A DNA stretch of 58,078 nt, counting the filler, from Platydemus manokwari (Eukaryota), in NCBI GenBank assembly GCA_037951405.1. It is 5 parts of 5 records of this genome, joined end to end, with 100 filler letters (N's around TTAATTAATTAA, not from the genome) between each part and the next. Parts side by side here need not be neighbours in the genome. Positions count along the whole stretch, not along the records: positions 27,322 to 36,084 come from JBBMOY011354093.1; positions 36,185 to 45,661 come from JBBMOY011243540.1; 3 more parts are not named here. One strand, 5' to 3'. A program made the position numbers and the translations under genes. Of this stretch, positions 28,448 to 41,321 are shown piece by piece. The notes beneath the pieces are model-generated. The model worked only from the letters and a program-made list of their open reading frames with translations. It was not told the DNA's origin and ran no database searches. Position 1 is the stretch's first letter. Each line of letters opens with the position of its first letter.

Positions 28448-29992
28448 CCTTGCTTTTCTTATTATAAATGGTAGCGCGTTTTTTGCTTGTAAAAAAAATA
28501 AGCGGCCTTCCGAATATAAGCGGTAGTAAATATAAATACCAGATAAATAAAAACTATAAATATGCAATTATTATGTATGCATACATATCAATAAAGAATT
28601 TATTAAATCAATCTTTCAAACTTTCAAGGTCTTTTAAATGAATATAATTCTCCAGTCATAAATGGCCGAATCCAGAAAAAGTTACACCGTAGAATATAAG
28701 AAGTCGATTGAAGAAGAGTTTAGAGACAAGAACCCAACCATTTCCTACAAGGAAAAAAACCTTAACATAAAGATAGTTCAAAGATGAGGATCTGCTTACA
28801 CAAACCTATGCAAGTTGGTTGCAGTTGGGAACAATAAGAAGAGAAAGGTCGAGCCGGGAAGAACGTCACCAATAAATGAATTAGAAAATACCATAACTGA
28901 TTGGATCATTGACCGGAGAGCAAGAGGATTAATCGTTAGAAGATGTGACATTCAAAACTTTGAAGTAGATTTAACTTCCAAAAACGAAATGTTGTATTTT
29001 AAAGCCTCAACGCACTGGCTTGATAGGTTTTTACTTCGTAATGAATTATCCCTCCGAAAGGGAATCTCTCCTTTTAAATTAGTGGATAATTAAATTGTTT
29101 CAATAGCAATAATGTATAAGAGATTTGTTGATAATATTGATTTTCAGAAATACCAATTGTCGTATATGATTGCAGTGGATGAAACAGCTGTATTTATGGG
29201 ACAAGATGCATAGACAACAGCAGACATTCGTGGGACATCATCAATCGATATTTTCTCAACAGGTTATGGAAGCCAGGGGTTACCTGTATTCTTGCACTTC
29301 ATTTGGATGGAACAAAGCCAGTGCCTTTTATTATTATTAAAGGAAAGAAAAATAAAATTCAGCAGTTTTCTGGTGTGTACATTCTGGAAACAGAAAAAGC
29401 ATGGAGTACCCAAGCAGCAATTAGAAAATGGATTGACATAATGTTGCCAACGAAAAGCGTTGATCAAATAATGATACCGGCTGGAATAACAGCGTATCTT
29501 CAAAGTTTATATTTGATAATAAATAACCCATTTAAGGACAATCTTAGATTAGAAATCAATGAGAATTTTGAGAAGAGAATGATGAAAAATGAAAATGGGA
29601 ACTTTGTAAAACAGAATCTACAAGAAATAGTCAAGAGGGTTAGTAATGCCTGGTCCAAAATTAATGATAACTGTGTCAAAAAAGCTTTGAAGGCTGCCTA
29701 TCTGGACAAGTCGGCTTTATTCGAAGAAAGCTTCATAGCAAAAAATGAGAGATTAGGACCACTTATCAAAGATAAGCTTAATTCACAGGAATTAATTGTG
29801 AGTGTTCAAAATCTTATTTTTTGAATATGTCGCAGAACAGGACGATTAAACTGTGTTTGATTAAAATGCCATATATCTTTTTTAAACATTTGAAATATTA
29901 TAATAAAAATATATGATGATTTTTTATGATTTTTTAAGTAATCGGTAAAAAAAATATAAACGGTGCTCCACTTTTTAACAGGGAAAACACAG
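28448..29992 (+). mobile_element. pogo/Tigger-type (Tc1/mariner superfamily) DNA transposon with defective transposase (about 28662-29824)
   Basis: MAESRKSYTVEYKK N-terminal HTH, CENP-B-type HTH (ELENTITDWIIDRR..FKASTHWLDRFLLRNELSLR), first catalytic Asp in IAVDETAV, and DDE_1 tail (MIPAGITAYLQSL..INNPFK). Degenerate TIRs (TA|CCTTGCTTTTCTTATTATAAA and TTTTTAACAGGGAAAACACAG|TA) have TA flanks. Stops and frameshifts are present. Confidence 0.9.
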
Positions 29993-31335
29993 TATATATT
30001 TATATTAAATAAAACAGAACAAAATTATTAAGTAAAACAAAACACAAATATGAGAACAATAAAAAATTCATTATTATCACACAAAGTTTTGATAAAATAA
30101 TGAACCAAATAGCTCAGTCAAGTCTCATAAAAAAGTGCTGGACACTCGAAAGCTAAACGAAAATTATCTCAAAATTACTGACCACAAAGACTAGTAACTT
30201 TGCTTAAGAATCAGTTCATTTTATAGTTCAAGTCTATGTGTTACACTGGTGCAATAATTAAGACTCTAAATTTGGTGTTAGCGTTCCAGATTTTAATTTA
30301 AGAATCTTGATTGATTTCTGATTTTCTGCTTTCATATTTTTCATTAGAATATTAGTATACTTGTTCTTTTTTGCACGTGTCCCTTATGGTTAATGTTTGA
30401 TAAACGTTATGATTAATATCAACAATCATGAATTGGAATATCTCTGATTGGATATTGACAGAGTGTGTCTCGACCACTTTGTGTCCTCTCTTCAATAATT
30501 AAGTTAAGGTGTCCATCAATTTTTTTTCTTTACTGCATTGCTACACATTCTACAAATATTATATTAGAAACACACCATTTATATCTTATAGAAATATTTA
30601 GGCAAAACTAAAAATCAAAGAATCTTATATAATAAAATCACCTATGATAAAAATATTATGTCAGATAATATATTCGTTTTAGGATATATAAAAACATTCA
30701 ATGTTTTCCTTTAGTGGAGAAGATTTCTGAAATTCGTATTTGGTTAATGACGAAGTTTAAGATTTCATTTTTTGGAATAAAGATTCTTTACTGTGACACA
30801 ATATTTTTTATGAAGGAACAAGATAATTGTTCAAGACGTTTTATTTATCATAATTGAGATCACTATAATCACACAAAATAACTAATCAAACTGAACCGAC
30901 ACTTGTTCAAGTGCCTATCATCTAGTGCCGAGTCCAAGGTTGCTCCATTTTTAAAGTGTTTTATGGAGTGCCATTTTAACTTGTAGTTTCCAGAAGTTTG
31001 TTGTTTAGAGGTTTTCATTAAATCTTAGAATGTGTGGGGTTATTTTAATAGTCTAGCGAGTGATTTGTTGCTTTATTATGCAAGCATATTCGTCGATAAT
31101 ATTTGAAATTCATCTCATAATTGATTGGTTCATTGGTTCTTCTGTGTAAGACTTGTGTTCAGTTTAGAAGGGTTTTTATAGCTTCAGTGTGGTTTTTTGG
31201 TAATATTATCACTCTATAATATTACGGTTTCTTAGAAATTAACTTTAATTATTCGGTATTAGAGCTTGAGAGTAATTTTATTTGTTCGTTATAGTTAAAA
31301 TATCATTATAGTATATCAATACAATTATTGATCAA

Positions 31336-33234
31336 ATGCCATCGATATTAAAAAGAATTACAAACTCGCTGAAGCGTAACAAACCTAAAGAAAAAAAACA
31401 ATTGATATTAAGTGTCAAAGACATCGATGGTGATAGATGTGAAACAGTAACACCCTCAACATCTAACGTTACTTCCATAACATCAATAATCAACCCAACA
31501 TTGAATGTGAAAACAACTTCTAGCGTAAATAAAAATACAATCAACAACAATTCCGATTCTGATCGAAGGAATGAACCTTCGAAAATGGGGGATCATCTGA
31601 GTGAAATTAGTGTGGTAAATTGCATAACCGGCTATACGAAAGATAAATGTACCAACGACACAACAAAATCTATTTCTAAGAGTAAAATTGAAAGTGAAAA
31701 TAGGAATACATCGTCAAATATTAACGATTCCGATGAAGTTATGTCAAACATCAAAACAAGATTGATAGCTGATCATGAAAAATTATTGAAGAAAAATGAG
31801 AAATGCAAACAACGATACGAAAGTGTTAAAGAATTGAATGAAGTATTGAAACAAGAAGTTTTGGAATTAGAACGTTTGAATCAAAAGCTTCTGACAGACA
31901 ATGCTGAAGTGCTACATGAAGCCATAAAGCATCGATTTCTCAAATTGGAATCTGAGGATTTATCGAAAAAAACCAATAAATACAAACAGAAACTGGAGCA
32001 GAAAGAAAATATAATTGTCAATTTTCAAAAACAATTCGAAAAGATTCGAGTTAAAAGTAATAATGCTTTTAAACAAAAGGAAGAAGCACAACTGGAAGCT
32101 TCTCATTCATGTGTAAAGTTGAAAGAATTGGCAAACGACTGTGCTGAATTGGATATTTATAAAAATGAAAACATTCAAAGAAAATTTTACTTCAATGAAC
32201 TACAAAGTGTGCTTGGTAATGTGCGAGTTTACTTGAAAATCAGACCAACCAATGGAGAATCGTGCCTTTCGTTCTTAGCAGATGATAAAGTTCTGTTAAC
32301 AACAACAGAAAATAAAGGCAAAAACTTGGTATGCCAATTCTCTCATGTATTTCAACCCCATAATAATAATAAGGATATTTTTGAAGAACTAGAACCATTA
32401 TTAGCTACAGTGATTGATGGATATAATTGTTGTTTTATAAATTATGGTCAATTAGGTTGTGGGAAAACATCAACTTTATTTGGTGATGAATCCAATTCTG
32501 GAATATTACGAGAAACTTTGAATTTTTTCTTAACATCGCAAGAGGAAAACACGAATTGGAAATATCAAATCACTCTATCGGCAGTTCAGATAAATAAAGG
32601 TAATGCTGTGGACATGTTTCGTAAAAAACCCGTTAATATTGTCGATGATGGGGAAAATTTGATTTTAAAATGCACTGAAGAGAAAACATTAATAACTCAA
32701 AATCAGAGTCTTGAAGTTATCAAAGTTATCAGGACGAACCGAGATTCATTCAAACCCATTGCCGACGTAGAAAGGACATTCAGTCATTCTTTGATAATAA
32801 TAAAAGTGTCCGGTAAGTGTCAAATAAGCGATGAAAAAACCAATGGAATTCTGATGATATGCCAATTGGCGGGTTTTGAAAATGAGGACAATTTAAAATT
32901 TACAAATCGCCAATATTTAAAAGAAGAAAAACATATCCACGATGATCTAATTGATATTGGTAAAACTCTTATAACTCTGAAAATGAAAAACAGGAAAAAA
33001 CCACGAACGAATAATATTCTGACGAAACTGTTATATCCTTGTTTAACTACTAATTCCAAATGCTGCTTACTTATCCATTGTTTTAGTGATATTGAACAAC
33101 AAAGCACAATTGCAAAATCTATCCAGTATGGTTTAGCCGTTATGCCGAAATTGAAGAATAAATTAAAAAACATGAAATATGTCGTTCAATGGGATTTTTC
33201 TGATGAAAAACACTGCGAAACTATCAATAACTAA
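31336..33234 (+). CDS. Intronless kinesin-14 (KIFC3/KIFC1-like) C-terminal motor-domain protein, 632 aa, with degenerate catalytic motifs
   Basis: Low-complexity N-terminus, coiled coil, kinesin-14 neck (ELQSVLGNVRVYLKIRP), FSHVF, IDGYNCCFINYGQLGCGKT P-loop, QLAGFE (switch II-like) and LTKLL. Confidence 0.92.
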   Translation: MPSILKRITNSLKRNKPKEKKQLILSVKDIDGDRCETVTPSTSNVTSITSIINPTLNVKTTSSVNKNTINNNSDSDRRNEPSKMGDHLSEISVVNCITGYTKDKCTNDTTKSISKSKIESENRNTSSNINDSDEVMSNIKTRLIADHEKLLKKNEKCKQRYESVKELNEVLKQEVLELERLNQKLLTDNAEVLHEAIKHRFLKLESEDLSKKTNKYKQKLEQKENIIVNFQKQFEKIRVKSNNAFKQKEEAQLEASHSCVKLKELANDCAELDIYKNENIQRKFYFNELQSVLGNVRVYLKIRPTNGESCLSFLADDKVLLTTTENKGKNLVCQFSHVFQPHNNNKDIFEELEPLLATVIDGYNCCFINYGQLGCGKTSTLFGDESNSGILRETLNFFLTSQEENTNWKYQITLSAVQINKGNAVDMFRKKPVNIVDDGENLILKCTEEKTLITQNQSLEVIKVIRTNRDSFKPIADVERTFSHSLIIIKVSGKCQISDEKTNGILMICQLAGFENEDNLKFTNRQYLKEEKHIHDDLIDIGKTLITLKMKNRKKPRTNNILTKLLYPCLTTNSKCCLLIHCFSDIEQQSTIAKSIQYGLAVMPKLKNKLKNMKYVVQWDFSDEKHCETINN

Positions 33235-33418
33235 TTGTATAATTAGACTACAGTAAAACAAACTAAGCTAAACTGTTATGATAATATAGAATAATATTGT
33301 ATGTTGGATTTATCTTTATTTTTCAAATTCATCATTCCAAACTTTATCTTTACTGATTTCAGGTGGTTCTCGTCGCATATCATCAACAATTAAATAGGCA
33401 ATCTGAAAATAATTTAGA

Positions 33419-33482
33419 AATAATAATCATAATAATCATAATAATAATCATAATCATTATCATAATAATCATAATCATTATC

Positions 33483-33520
<38 letters not shown>
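33419..33520. repeat. Compound (ATA/ATC)n microsatellite between the convergent kinesin and bestrophin 3' ends
   Basis: Directly visible. It produces the spurious poly-Ile ORF. Confidence 0.95.
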
Positions 33521-33521
<1 letters not shown>

Positions 33522-33945
33522 TTAGTAAGGAACTGTACAACTCTTGAATTTCTGCACTGAAACCAATTTACAAAACAAAAAGAAAATAAATAAAAATTTA
33601 AATTGAGAAATTTATTTTACTTTCAAGAAATTTAAAGACTTTGTTGGGTTTAATTAAGAGTAAAAATCATCGCCACTGTTGTTGATTTTGTCGAATTTAT
33701 TCTGATTGTTTATTTGTTCCATATACTGAATACTGAAAGGAATCGAAAACAGCTCCACACCTAATTGGTGGCCATCAACTGATAAATCGAGCTCCAATTT
33801 CGATGAGACAAGACTTTAAGACACTATAGCCTATTAAACTGAAATTTCAGTCGTGGGAGAGAAAATCAAAAATAGTTATATATAATTAATTTTTATAAAG
33901 CTTAATAATATTGATAATATAATGAATGAATATTTATTTCATAAC

Positions 33946-34866
33946 CTGTACATTTCTTTCAATTAGATATGTTAAGTCGAAATCATCATCTTTCTCTCCA
34001 AAAGGATTGATCAGATTTTCAGCGACCTTAAATAGATTGACATCAATCCAAAAATTACATTCAATATTATCACAGTTAACTGGAACCCACCTTCAACCAA
34101 CCCATATAAAATAAGAATTGAATCATTCCAAAAATTGGAATATAATAATCATCTTTCCCAGACACAAACTGCCAAGAAAATAATGCAGCGAGAAAATAGC
34201 AATAAACTGTAATTGTGGCAACCTGTTTTATGAGAAAAATGTAATAAATTAAAAAATATACTGAAGATAAAATATTTCACTTGAGTGTAGACTAAAGGCG
34301 GAATAATCCATTGATGAACGAATAAATCATTTATGGTACCTCGAATCGTTGTTAATGTTTCTATAAGTACATCAAATTGTCGATCATTCGTAATCAGATT
34401 TTGCCGTCGAGCATCTCTAATCATATGTGCAGCCCAAACTAGTGGTACATAAAATTTATTATAAGATTTATCAATGGATTGCAATGCCCTTAACTCGCTC
34501 ATATTCATTAGACCTTTATGAAGAACTCAAAATACTAAATCACAGTGCCATTCAAATAATATACCAGCTTGTCTCATAGCATCTAAATTTCCATAAAGTT
34601 TTCGAGTACTTTTTGAAATTCCTCTAAAAGCAATAATCATCCCCATATTGACATATCGGACAATTGTCCTTCTCATCAGAACAATCTCATCGGTATCGCC
34701 TTGTAAAAATGCAGCCAATTGAAGAGCAATATCATCGGGCCATGGTAAGGATTTAAATTGTTCTGACCACCAAGTAATTACTATGCTTACATAGAACCCC
34801 AGTACGAAAGCCACTGGAATTCTATCCATAATTTCCCGGCAATAAAATGATATAAATGAAAGGACA
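33946..34866 (-). CDS. Bestrophin anion channel, partial. Exons 34866-34565, 34513-34281, 34222-34091, 34026-33946; 5' exon(s) not found; terminal exon around 33654-33839 ambiguous
   Basis: Motifs IPVAFVLGFYV, PWPD, RRTIVRY, FYVPLVWA, PLVYTQ/VATITVY, FLFYMGWLK/VAENLINPFGEKDDDFD..LIERN. All junctions are GT-AG and in phase. Confidence 0.95.
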
Positions 34867-36084
34867 CTAAAATAATAAAAAACCATTTAATGAATTCTTA
34901 TTTTAAAAATTAAAAATTTCTAAATTGTAATTATCACGAAACAACTGTAATTTCTGCAAGTTTGTGTTGACTTTTATCCATTGGCTCGGTTTTAAATATG
35001 TAGCAATATAATTTTCTTTGATAATCTTAAGGCATGCTTACTTAAAAGAATTATTAAAAATAATCTGATAAAAATGAAAACAATAAATGAAAATCTAAAT
35101 TTATTTATTTATAATTATAATTAATTTATAATTTAATAATCCAGTAATTTATAATTATTTTTGCAAGAACTTAAGTAATGGCGTGTCATAGAAAATATAT
35201 TTATTAATTCAAATCTATTTCTCAATATACGATGGATAACAAAACATTGTTGCCTAAAATAACCGAAATTCTGTTTCATTGAAGCAGTTATTGTTTGTCG
35301 ATTAACAATAGTTGAGCTGATCCTAATAAGCCAACCTAATAATCTGAATTTGTGGAAATTTTTATTAATTTTACTAATACAAGCGCACGTGCTAATATCT
35401 AATCAGATTCTTTCTATACATCAATCCATATTTAAGACTCGACAATTAATTGCGTACACCAACACAGGCACCAAACATCGAGATACACCAAATGGCATGC
35501 GTGATGCAAGAAAATTTGCTAACAAACCGACATGTGTAAGGCCCTCACAATATAAAAAGAGTTGGATTTCAGGAGCATATGCCAGTCTTTTGTGGTCGAT
35601 AACTTTTATTCAGTATGACTTACGTGATTTCCTGACAAGCAGTGTTTATGGTTTTTTTCTTTGTTGTTGTTTAATTTTCGGGTGCTGATCCCGCTTGTAT
35701 TGATTAGTCATTGATTATTGAGAGTGATTGTGAATGGGATAATTGACGATTTGGATTTCTTAAATAATTGTGATTTTCAATTATAAATTTGGAATTTAGT
35801 GTCAATGAATAATAATCGTAACATCACTTTCACTCATTTTGGTTTTCCTATTTATTTTTAATTTGGTAATGTAATTAGAATAAAACTCTTTTTACACTTG
35901 TTATGGTAGGTGCGAAAAACAAGTTCTCACGTTCCGGTGAGATAACTAAACAACTTAGTTGTTGTAGTAATCTTTGATTGAGTTAAATTAATTAAGTTAA
36001 TTTATTGTGTACAATTTGTGTGTAATATTATAAATAAATCTTTATATTAAAATTTAGTGTGATTATCTTTTGATAGTTAAAATA

Positions 36085-36184
36085 NNNNNNNNNNNNNNNN
36101 NNNNNNNNNNNNNNNNNNNNNNNNNNNNTTAATTAATTAANNNNNNNNNNNNNNNNNNNNNNNNNNNNNNNNNNNNNNNNNNNN
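36085..36184. other. Artificial scaffold linker
   Basis: N44-TTAATTAATTAA-N44. Confidence 0.97.
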
Positions 36185-36920
36185 CTAAAATAATAATTTT
36201 TAAACTCACAATAATCTTCTTTTGGAAATACTGCTTTTGTTTCTTTAAAATCTTGACATAATCTTTTATGTTCATTTAATGAATTTAAAGATCTGTAAGA
36301 ATTTAAACATTTTAAACTTATCTTATTCGAATGATTATTATTTGAAAATATATTCATATTTCTACATAAAACATAATGATTTTCATATAATAATAAATTA
36401 CATTTTCTATCTTCAATTGTTGGTTTTGTATTAAAGTGTTCGAAATAAATATGAACTAATTCCTTATTTTCATTTACACTAAAAACATTCACACTTAGAT
36501 TATTTTGTTTATTGAATTTCTTTATATCTCCAATATGGAAGATATTTACCTACCCTTTCAGAATTTTCATTAGCTGGGTGTAAATATGCTTAAACAGAAT
36601 ATATAAAACATCTGTTATCATTATTTCTAACATTTACAATAAATAGTGATTGAAAAGGTAAGCTAACATAAGTACCTCCAACTAATGATTGATATATTAC
36701 TTATTTTGCCATTATATATAACAATAGTCATATTCTACAATACCTTATTCTAAACTCTAAGTAAATATCATTGAGCTCATAATCAACATACTGCAGTCTA
36801 TTTGAAAATCTTTGTAAATCCAACTTTTTTCAGTATAATTGTTGGGATACACCCCAGTCTAAAACATTTTTTTACACACGTTCCAAAATATTTTATACAC
36901 ACCAGTCCGAAACATTTTTA
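36185..36920 (-). mobile_element. Maverick/Polinton fragment: N-terminal region of the protein-primed PolB ORF, plus short tandem repeats at 36848-36920
   Basis: Translated pieces GGTYVSLP..IVNVRNNDNRCFIYSV*AYLHP..DIKKFNKQNNLSVNVF..CNLLLYENHYVL..KCLNSY..LNEHKRLC match the conserved pre-polymerase block of Polinton pPolB. The fragment is cut by the gap. Confidence 0.8.
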
Positions 36921-38559
36921 TATTAAGCTGTATATCATCTCATTAACCCCATCCCATGATCATAAATTTTGAGTACACCTTGATTATGGATTGGCAATCG
37001 GAGGAACCGTGCCCGAGGACGTCAGACATCCAGCACAGAGGGCTATCCAAGAGACGAGACTTTGAACAAATACCCATCATTTTGACAACTAGTTTTTCAA
37101 TTGTGTCACAAACAATACAAACAATCATCTGTCGCTTTGTGTATCCATGTTGTGTGCTAACAATGATCTTTTTATTTATGTTATGCTTCAAAAAAACAAT
37201 TATCTTTTATTTGTGTTAGAAGTATTTTGCCAAAAATAAACATTTAATATTTATGTGTTAGTCATGAATGATTTGTGCATAGATAATTATGTATAAGGAC
37301 GGAGCGGATGGCAGAAAGGGGATGTGCACCGACAGAATAATGAGATAAAATATATTAAGAATTATTAAAATAAGTAATAAAAAACAAATAAATAAATAGA
37401 ACAATTAAATCAAATAGAGTAAGCAATAAACCAAAATTAAGTAATAAAAGCAAATGAATAAATAAAATAGAATAAAATAAAATAGAATAAAATTAAATAA
37501 AATAAACAAACAAGCTAAATTAAATAAGAAAAATAGATAGATTACGAAAAGTAAAATATAAGAAAAAAGTGTAAATTAGGTAAGTCAAATAAGAATAATT
37601 AATTAAGCCATAAGCATGGGAAGCTATCAGAACGACAACTATAAATACAGTCGTCAACTGTGATCATTACCATTACTCGGACGAAGCTAAAACTTACGAT
37701 CATCTTTGGTTACAGATAACATTACTATCACAATCGACTTTCAGTGCATTCGTTGGAAAATTTACTGCATTTGTTTTCTTACTATTTTTTGAAAAAACAT
37801 TCGCAAGCCGTTGTTTTTCTTTTGGATCAGTTACCGAACCAGTTGGAATTTCAAAGCAGATTAAGAGTTTTTGTAATAATCATTTTTCCATTAATTGCAC
37901 GTTTTAACATAACGCTTACTCTTTTAACAGTTAAATTGAAAGTACTCATTAATTATATTAATAGATGATAATATTTTATAACCACGTTTTGTCGGTAATT
38001 AACATCTCCTATTTTGTGTAAAAGTAACCATCAACTTCGTCCGCTAGGCGGATTTTCCTGTTAATCGCTCAGGCGAGGTACGGGGCATTTGGTAAATTCT
38101 TTTGTTCTTTTTTCATAATAATTATTGCGTTTCGATTTCCTAATTAATAAAAGTTTCTGACTTTGCAGTTTGTGTTTTAATTCTAGAATTATTTCCATTC
38201 GAGCCATTTCGACTCAACCAAACAATTAAATAGTTATAAATATTAAGAGAAAACTTTTTCAAAATAAGACACAATTTATAAAAATATCAATTAACCAAAA
38301 AATTAAAATTACAAATTAAATTTATAGTTTTTAAATACATTGGAATAGTTTTTTAAAATAATCAAATTACTTACCTGAACTCAAGGTCACGATAAACCAC
38401 ATTGCTAAGCATTTTTATTAACTACATCAGTCCTAAAATAAGTCACCCCAATTAAGTGAAATTATCAACTGAAATTATGGGATGTTACTAAATTTGTAAC
38501 GAACATGTAAATTTTCCTAAAAATAGTAACCAATGTAGGCAATTCGCTTAATAATGTGG

Positions 38560-40320
38560 ACAAAGCAAACCAACACACAAAACACTATATAAACTAGCAA
38601 CAACAATCAGTTTACGCACAATTTTACCTGCACAATTTTATAATCGTACAATTGCAATAATATTCGATTTGATCTATTACGAAGACGGCCGTTCCAGGTA
38701 ATTCTATTGTGAAAATTTTACATAATTACGAAAATTATCCCCAATTAGAAGTTATTCAATTATGACCATGAGTAAATTTTTAGTTGTTAGTTCAATTAAT
38801 TCACGGCCCATGGGTAGTTCTAGCATTGTGGTCATTTAAAATTATATAATTTTCTACTATTGGTTCCCCGCTATTCTTTTTACTTGAGAGGCTTGTCCAG
38901 CCACTAAGAGACACGCCCTATACTGGTTTTTAAAGGGTTCTTATCATATTACAATACCATTTGTATTTATCTTGAGTATTATAAATTATTTGCTAAATAA
39001 TCAAATATATTTTGTTGTCATTGACATATTTTGGAATTGAATTTTTATTATTTATATTTTAAATATGATTTATTATTATATCGAGTGGTAAATAGCAGGA
39101 AAAACTTTATCTATGTAGTCCAGATAAGTTAAAGATTATATTACAATATTATTATATAGCCTTAAAATCCTTCTGATATAAACGTTGATCAATAGATTTT
39201 TACAAATAGCCTAACCTATATACATTAATAATTTACTATCTTTAATAATTGTTCCGTCTCTGTGTGGAATCTAACCATATCCGAAAGATAAGACATACAT
39301 TTTTGTCAGAGAAATATTTGGACAGCAATTGAAAAAAAATAATAACAATTAAAAAAACTAATTTTACATTATTAAACTACTTTATAATTATAAATAGAGA
39401 TAACAATAAAAAATATTTAGGAGAAGTAAAAAAATAATTTTTAAAAAATCCTTACATAAAATAGAGAAAATAAAATAAATAAAATTCAAAAAAAATTTTC
39501 ACACATATAACGAATTCTTTTGTTGAATGATTTCAAGGTCACAGAAATAAAATTCAAGGTCAAAATACAAAAATTATTCCAAAAATTTATTTTTAGTAAA
39601 TACTTTGTTAATAAATATAGTCTAGGTAACAAGCCAAACGATTTAAGCAGCGAGGTACATAGTGACTTATTGATTGATTTTCATACCGTGTCGATAGATT
39701 CGGTATCAACTAAATATCTTTTCGTTTTTCTCCCATTTTTTTAATAGTTTTTATTTCATTGTACGGTTCACCCGTATCGTGAATCTTGCCCTCTAGTTCA
39801 GCAAGCCACGCTTCGCCAGTTCTATGTTTACACAATTTTAGTCATTCAATTGTTATTAAATTGTAGATTGTATTGATTCATCATTATATTTTAGTATCAC
39901 TGCGTTATTGTTATTTATTGTCTTATTATTATTTATAATTAAATTCATCTAGTTCTATCGAACGCAGCCAATCATTTGGAGTCTGGTTGGTACCACAACG
40001 AGCACAGTAAAACAACAACCAAAACACAAAAACTAATAATACACTTAAAAACCAATACAATCATTATTATCACGAAGCAGTTGAATCATTTTTGAAGAAA
40101 CATTCCAAAGCAGTTTTACTATTTTCGGAAATTTTACAAATAATCCTATTGAAGAAATTTATCATAACGAGTAAAGTTATATATTTCTATTATGCCTCCA
40201 CAGCTATCTTGATGGCTGTGTGGTCGATTAAAATTCGACTAAGTTCACTTATTATCTCCTACCTTTTTTAATCTCAGGGGTGTCTAGCCAACTAGCTGAG
40301 TACATCTGACTCTCCTCCCG
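38560..40320 (+). repeat. Diverged direct repeat pair (about 38560-38940 and 39990-40320), unclassified and LTR-like
   Basis: Colinear shared blocks: TTCCA..AATTTTACA, GAGTAAA, TGTGGTC.TTAAAATT, and TGTC(C/T)AGCCA. A related TCAAGGTCAC/AAGTCAC motif also occurs near 15500 and 38380. Confidence 0.4.
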
Positions 40321-41321
40321 ATTGATCTATTCGTCCACAATATCAAGTGCACCTTTATTGTGTCATAAAATCTGATTTTATATCGTTAACAAAGTTTATT
40401 CTATTGTAATATTTTATTTGATAATTTATTAATATTCAAATTTTTCAGGATAGCTCATAATCACCTGACTATTTATATTTAAACTATTATTTGTAATATA
40501 AGAGAGTGATCGAACACTTCCTACGTATCTGAGACGAGCAGATCCTGTTGGAAATAAAATCGCAACCTAATCTCATATCTATAACTTTAAAATCAGTCTG
40601 CAGTGGTATTTATTGCTATCATATAAAACCAGAATTTTAATTCAATTTTTTTACTTGTCTTCATAAAACACCAACATCTGCATGAGTAAATTTAAAAGTT
40701 TTGATTTTAATTTCTTATTCTGTTATAATGATAAATGGACGCTTGAAAATGACTCCTTATTAATTGCAACTTTTTCTGTGATCTTTATTTATTTATTTTA
40801 GCTAATAAATATTAATTAATAGCGTAAAATATATAATTACCATCATTTGGATCATTAAATTAAAAATAGTTTTTACAAAACCATGCATTAATTCTATGCT
40901 TCAATAACATTGCTAACTGTGATATCACTGATAATTGTACACATAAATTTCATATATACATAATTGATAAAAAATAGAAATAAATTATCTTATTCTGTGC
41001 TTTCTAATCATTCAATTTACAAAAATTCATTTTAACTCTAACTTAAAATAATAAAGATATAGATTAACAATAGTTTTTGCTGAGAAATCAAACTAATGGA
41101 TAGAACATTAAAATTATACTTTTACACAAAAACCTGATTTTGTTTATTTGTATTGTTCTAATCAATAATTTATTTTGAATTAAAAAATATTTTTAAATTA
41201 AATTGTCATCTTTGATTTTGTATTATCGATCTGAAGTACCAACCTAATTGTGTAGATAAATTATTTGGACATATACATCGGCTATTAGATTATTGACCAT
41301 AATTATAATTACAAGAAAATT

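Noticed and set aside
32820-33173. Antisense ORFs overlapping real genes or elements (also 19189-19446, 31332-31550, 41749-41964, 23975-24218)
   Set aside because: Shadows of coding sequence on the opposite strand.
33363-33560. Poly-Ile ORF (also 27270-27497)
   Set aside because: Translation of ATA/ATC/ATT microsatellites and gap Ns.
38375-38412. Minus-strand LSNVVYRDLEF followed by GTAAGT as the missing bestrophin 5' exon
   Set aside because: A stop lies just upstream, the bestrophin N-terminal motifs are absent, it overlaps a repeated TCAAGGTCAC motif, and it is across an assembly gap.
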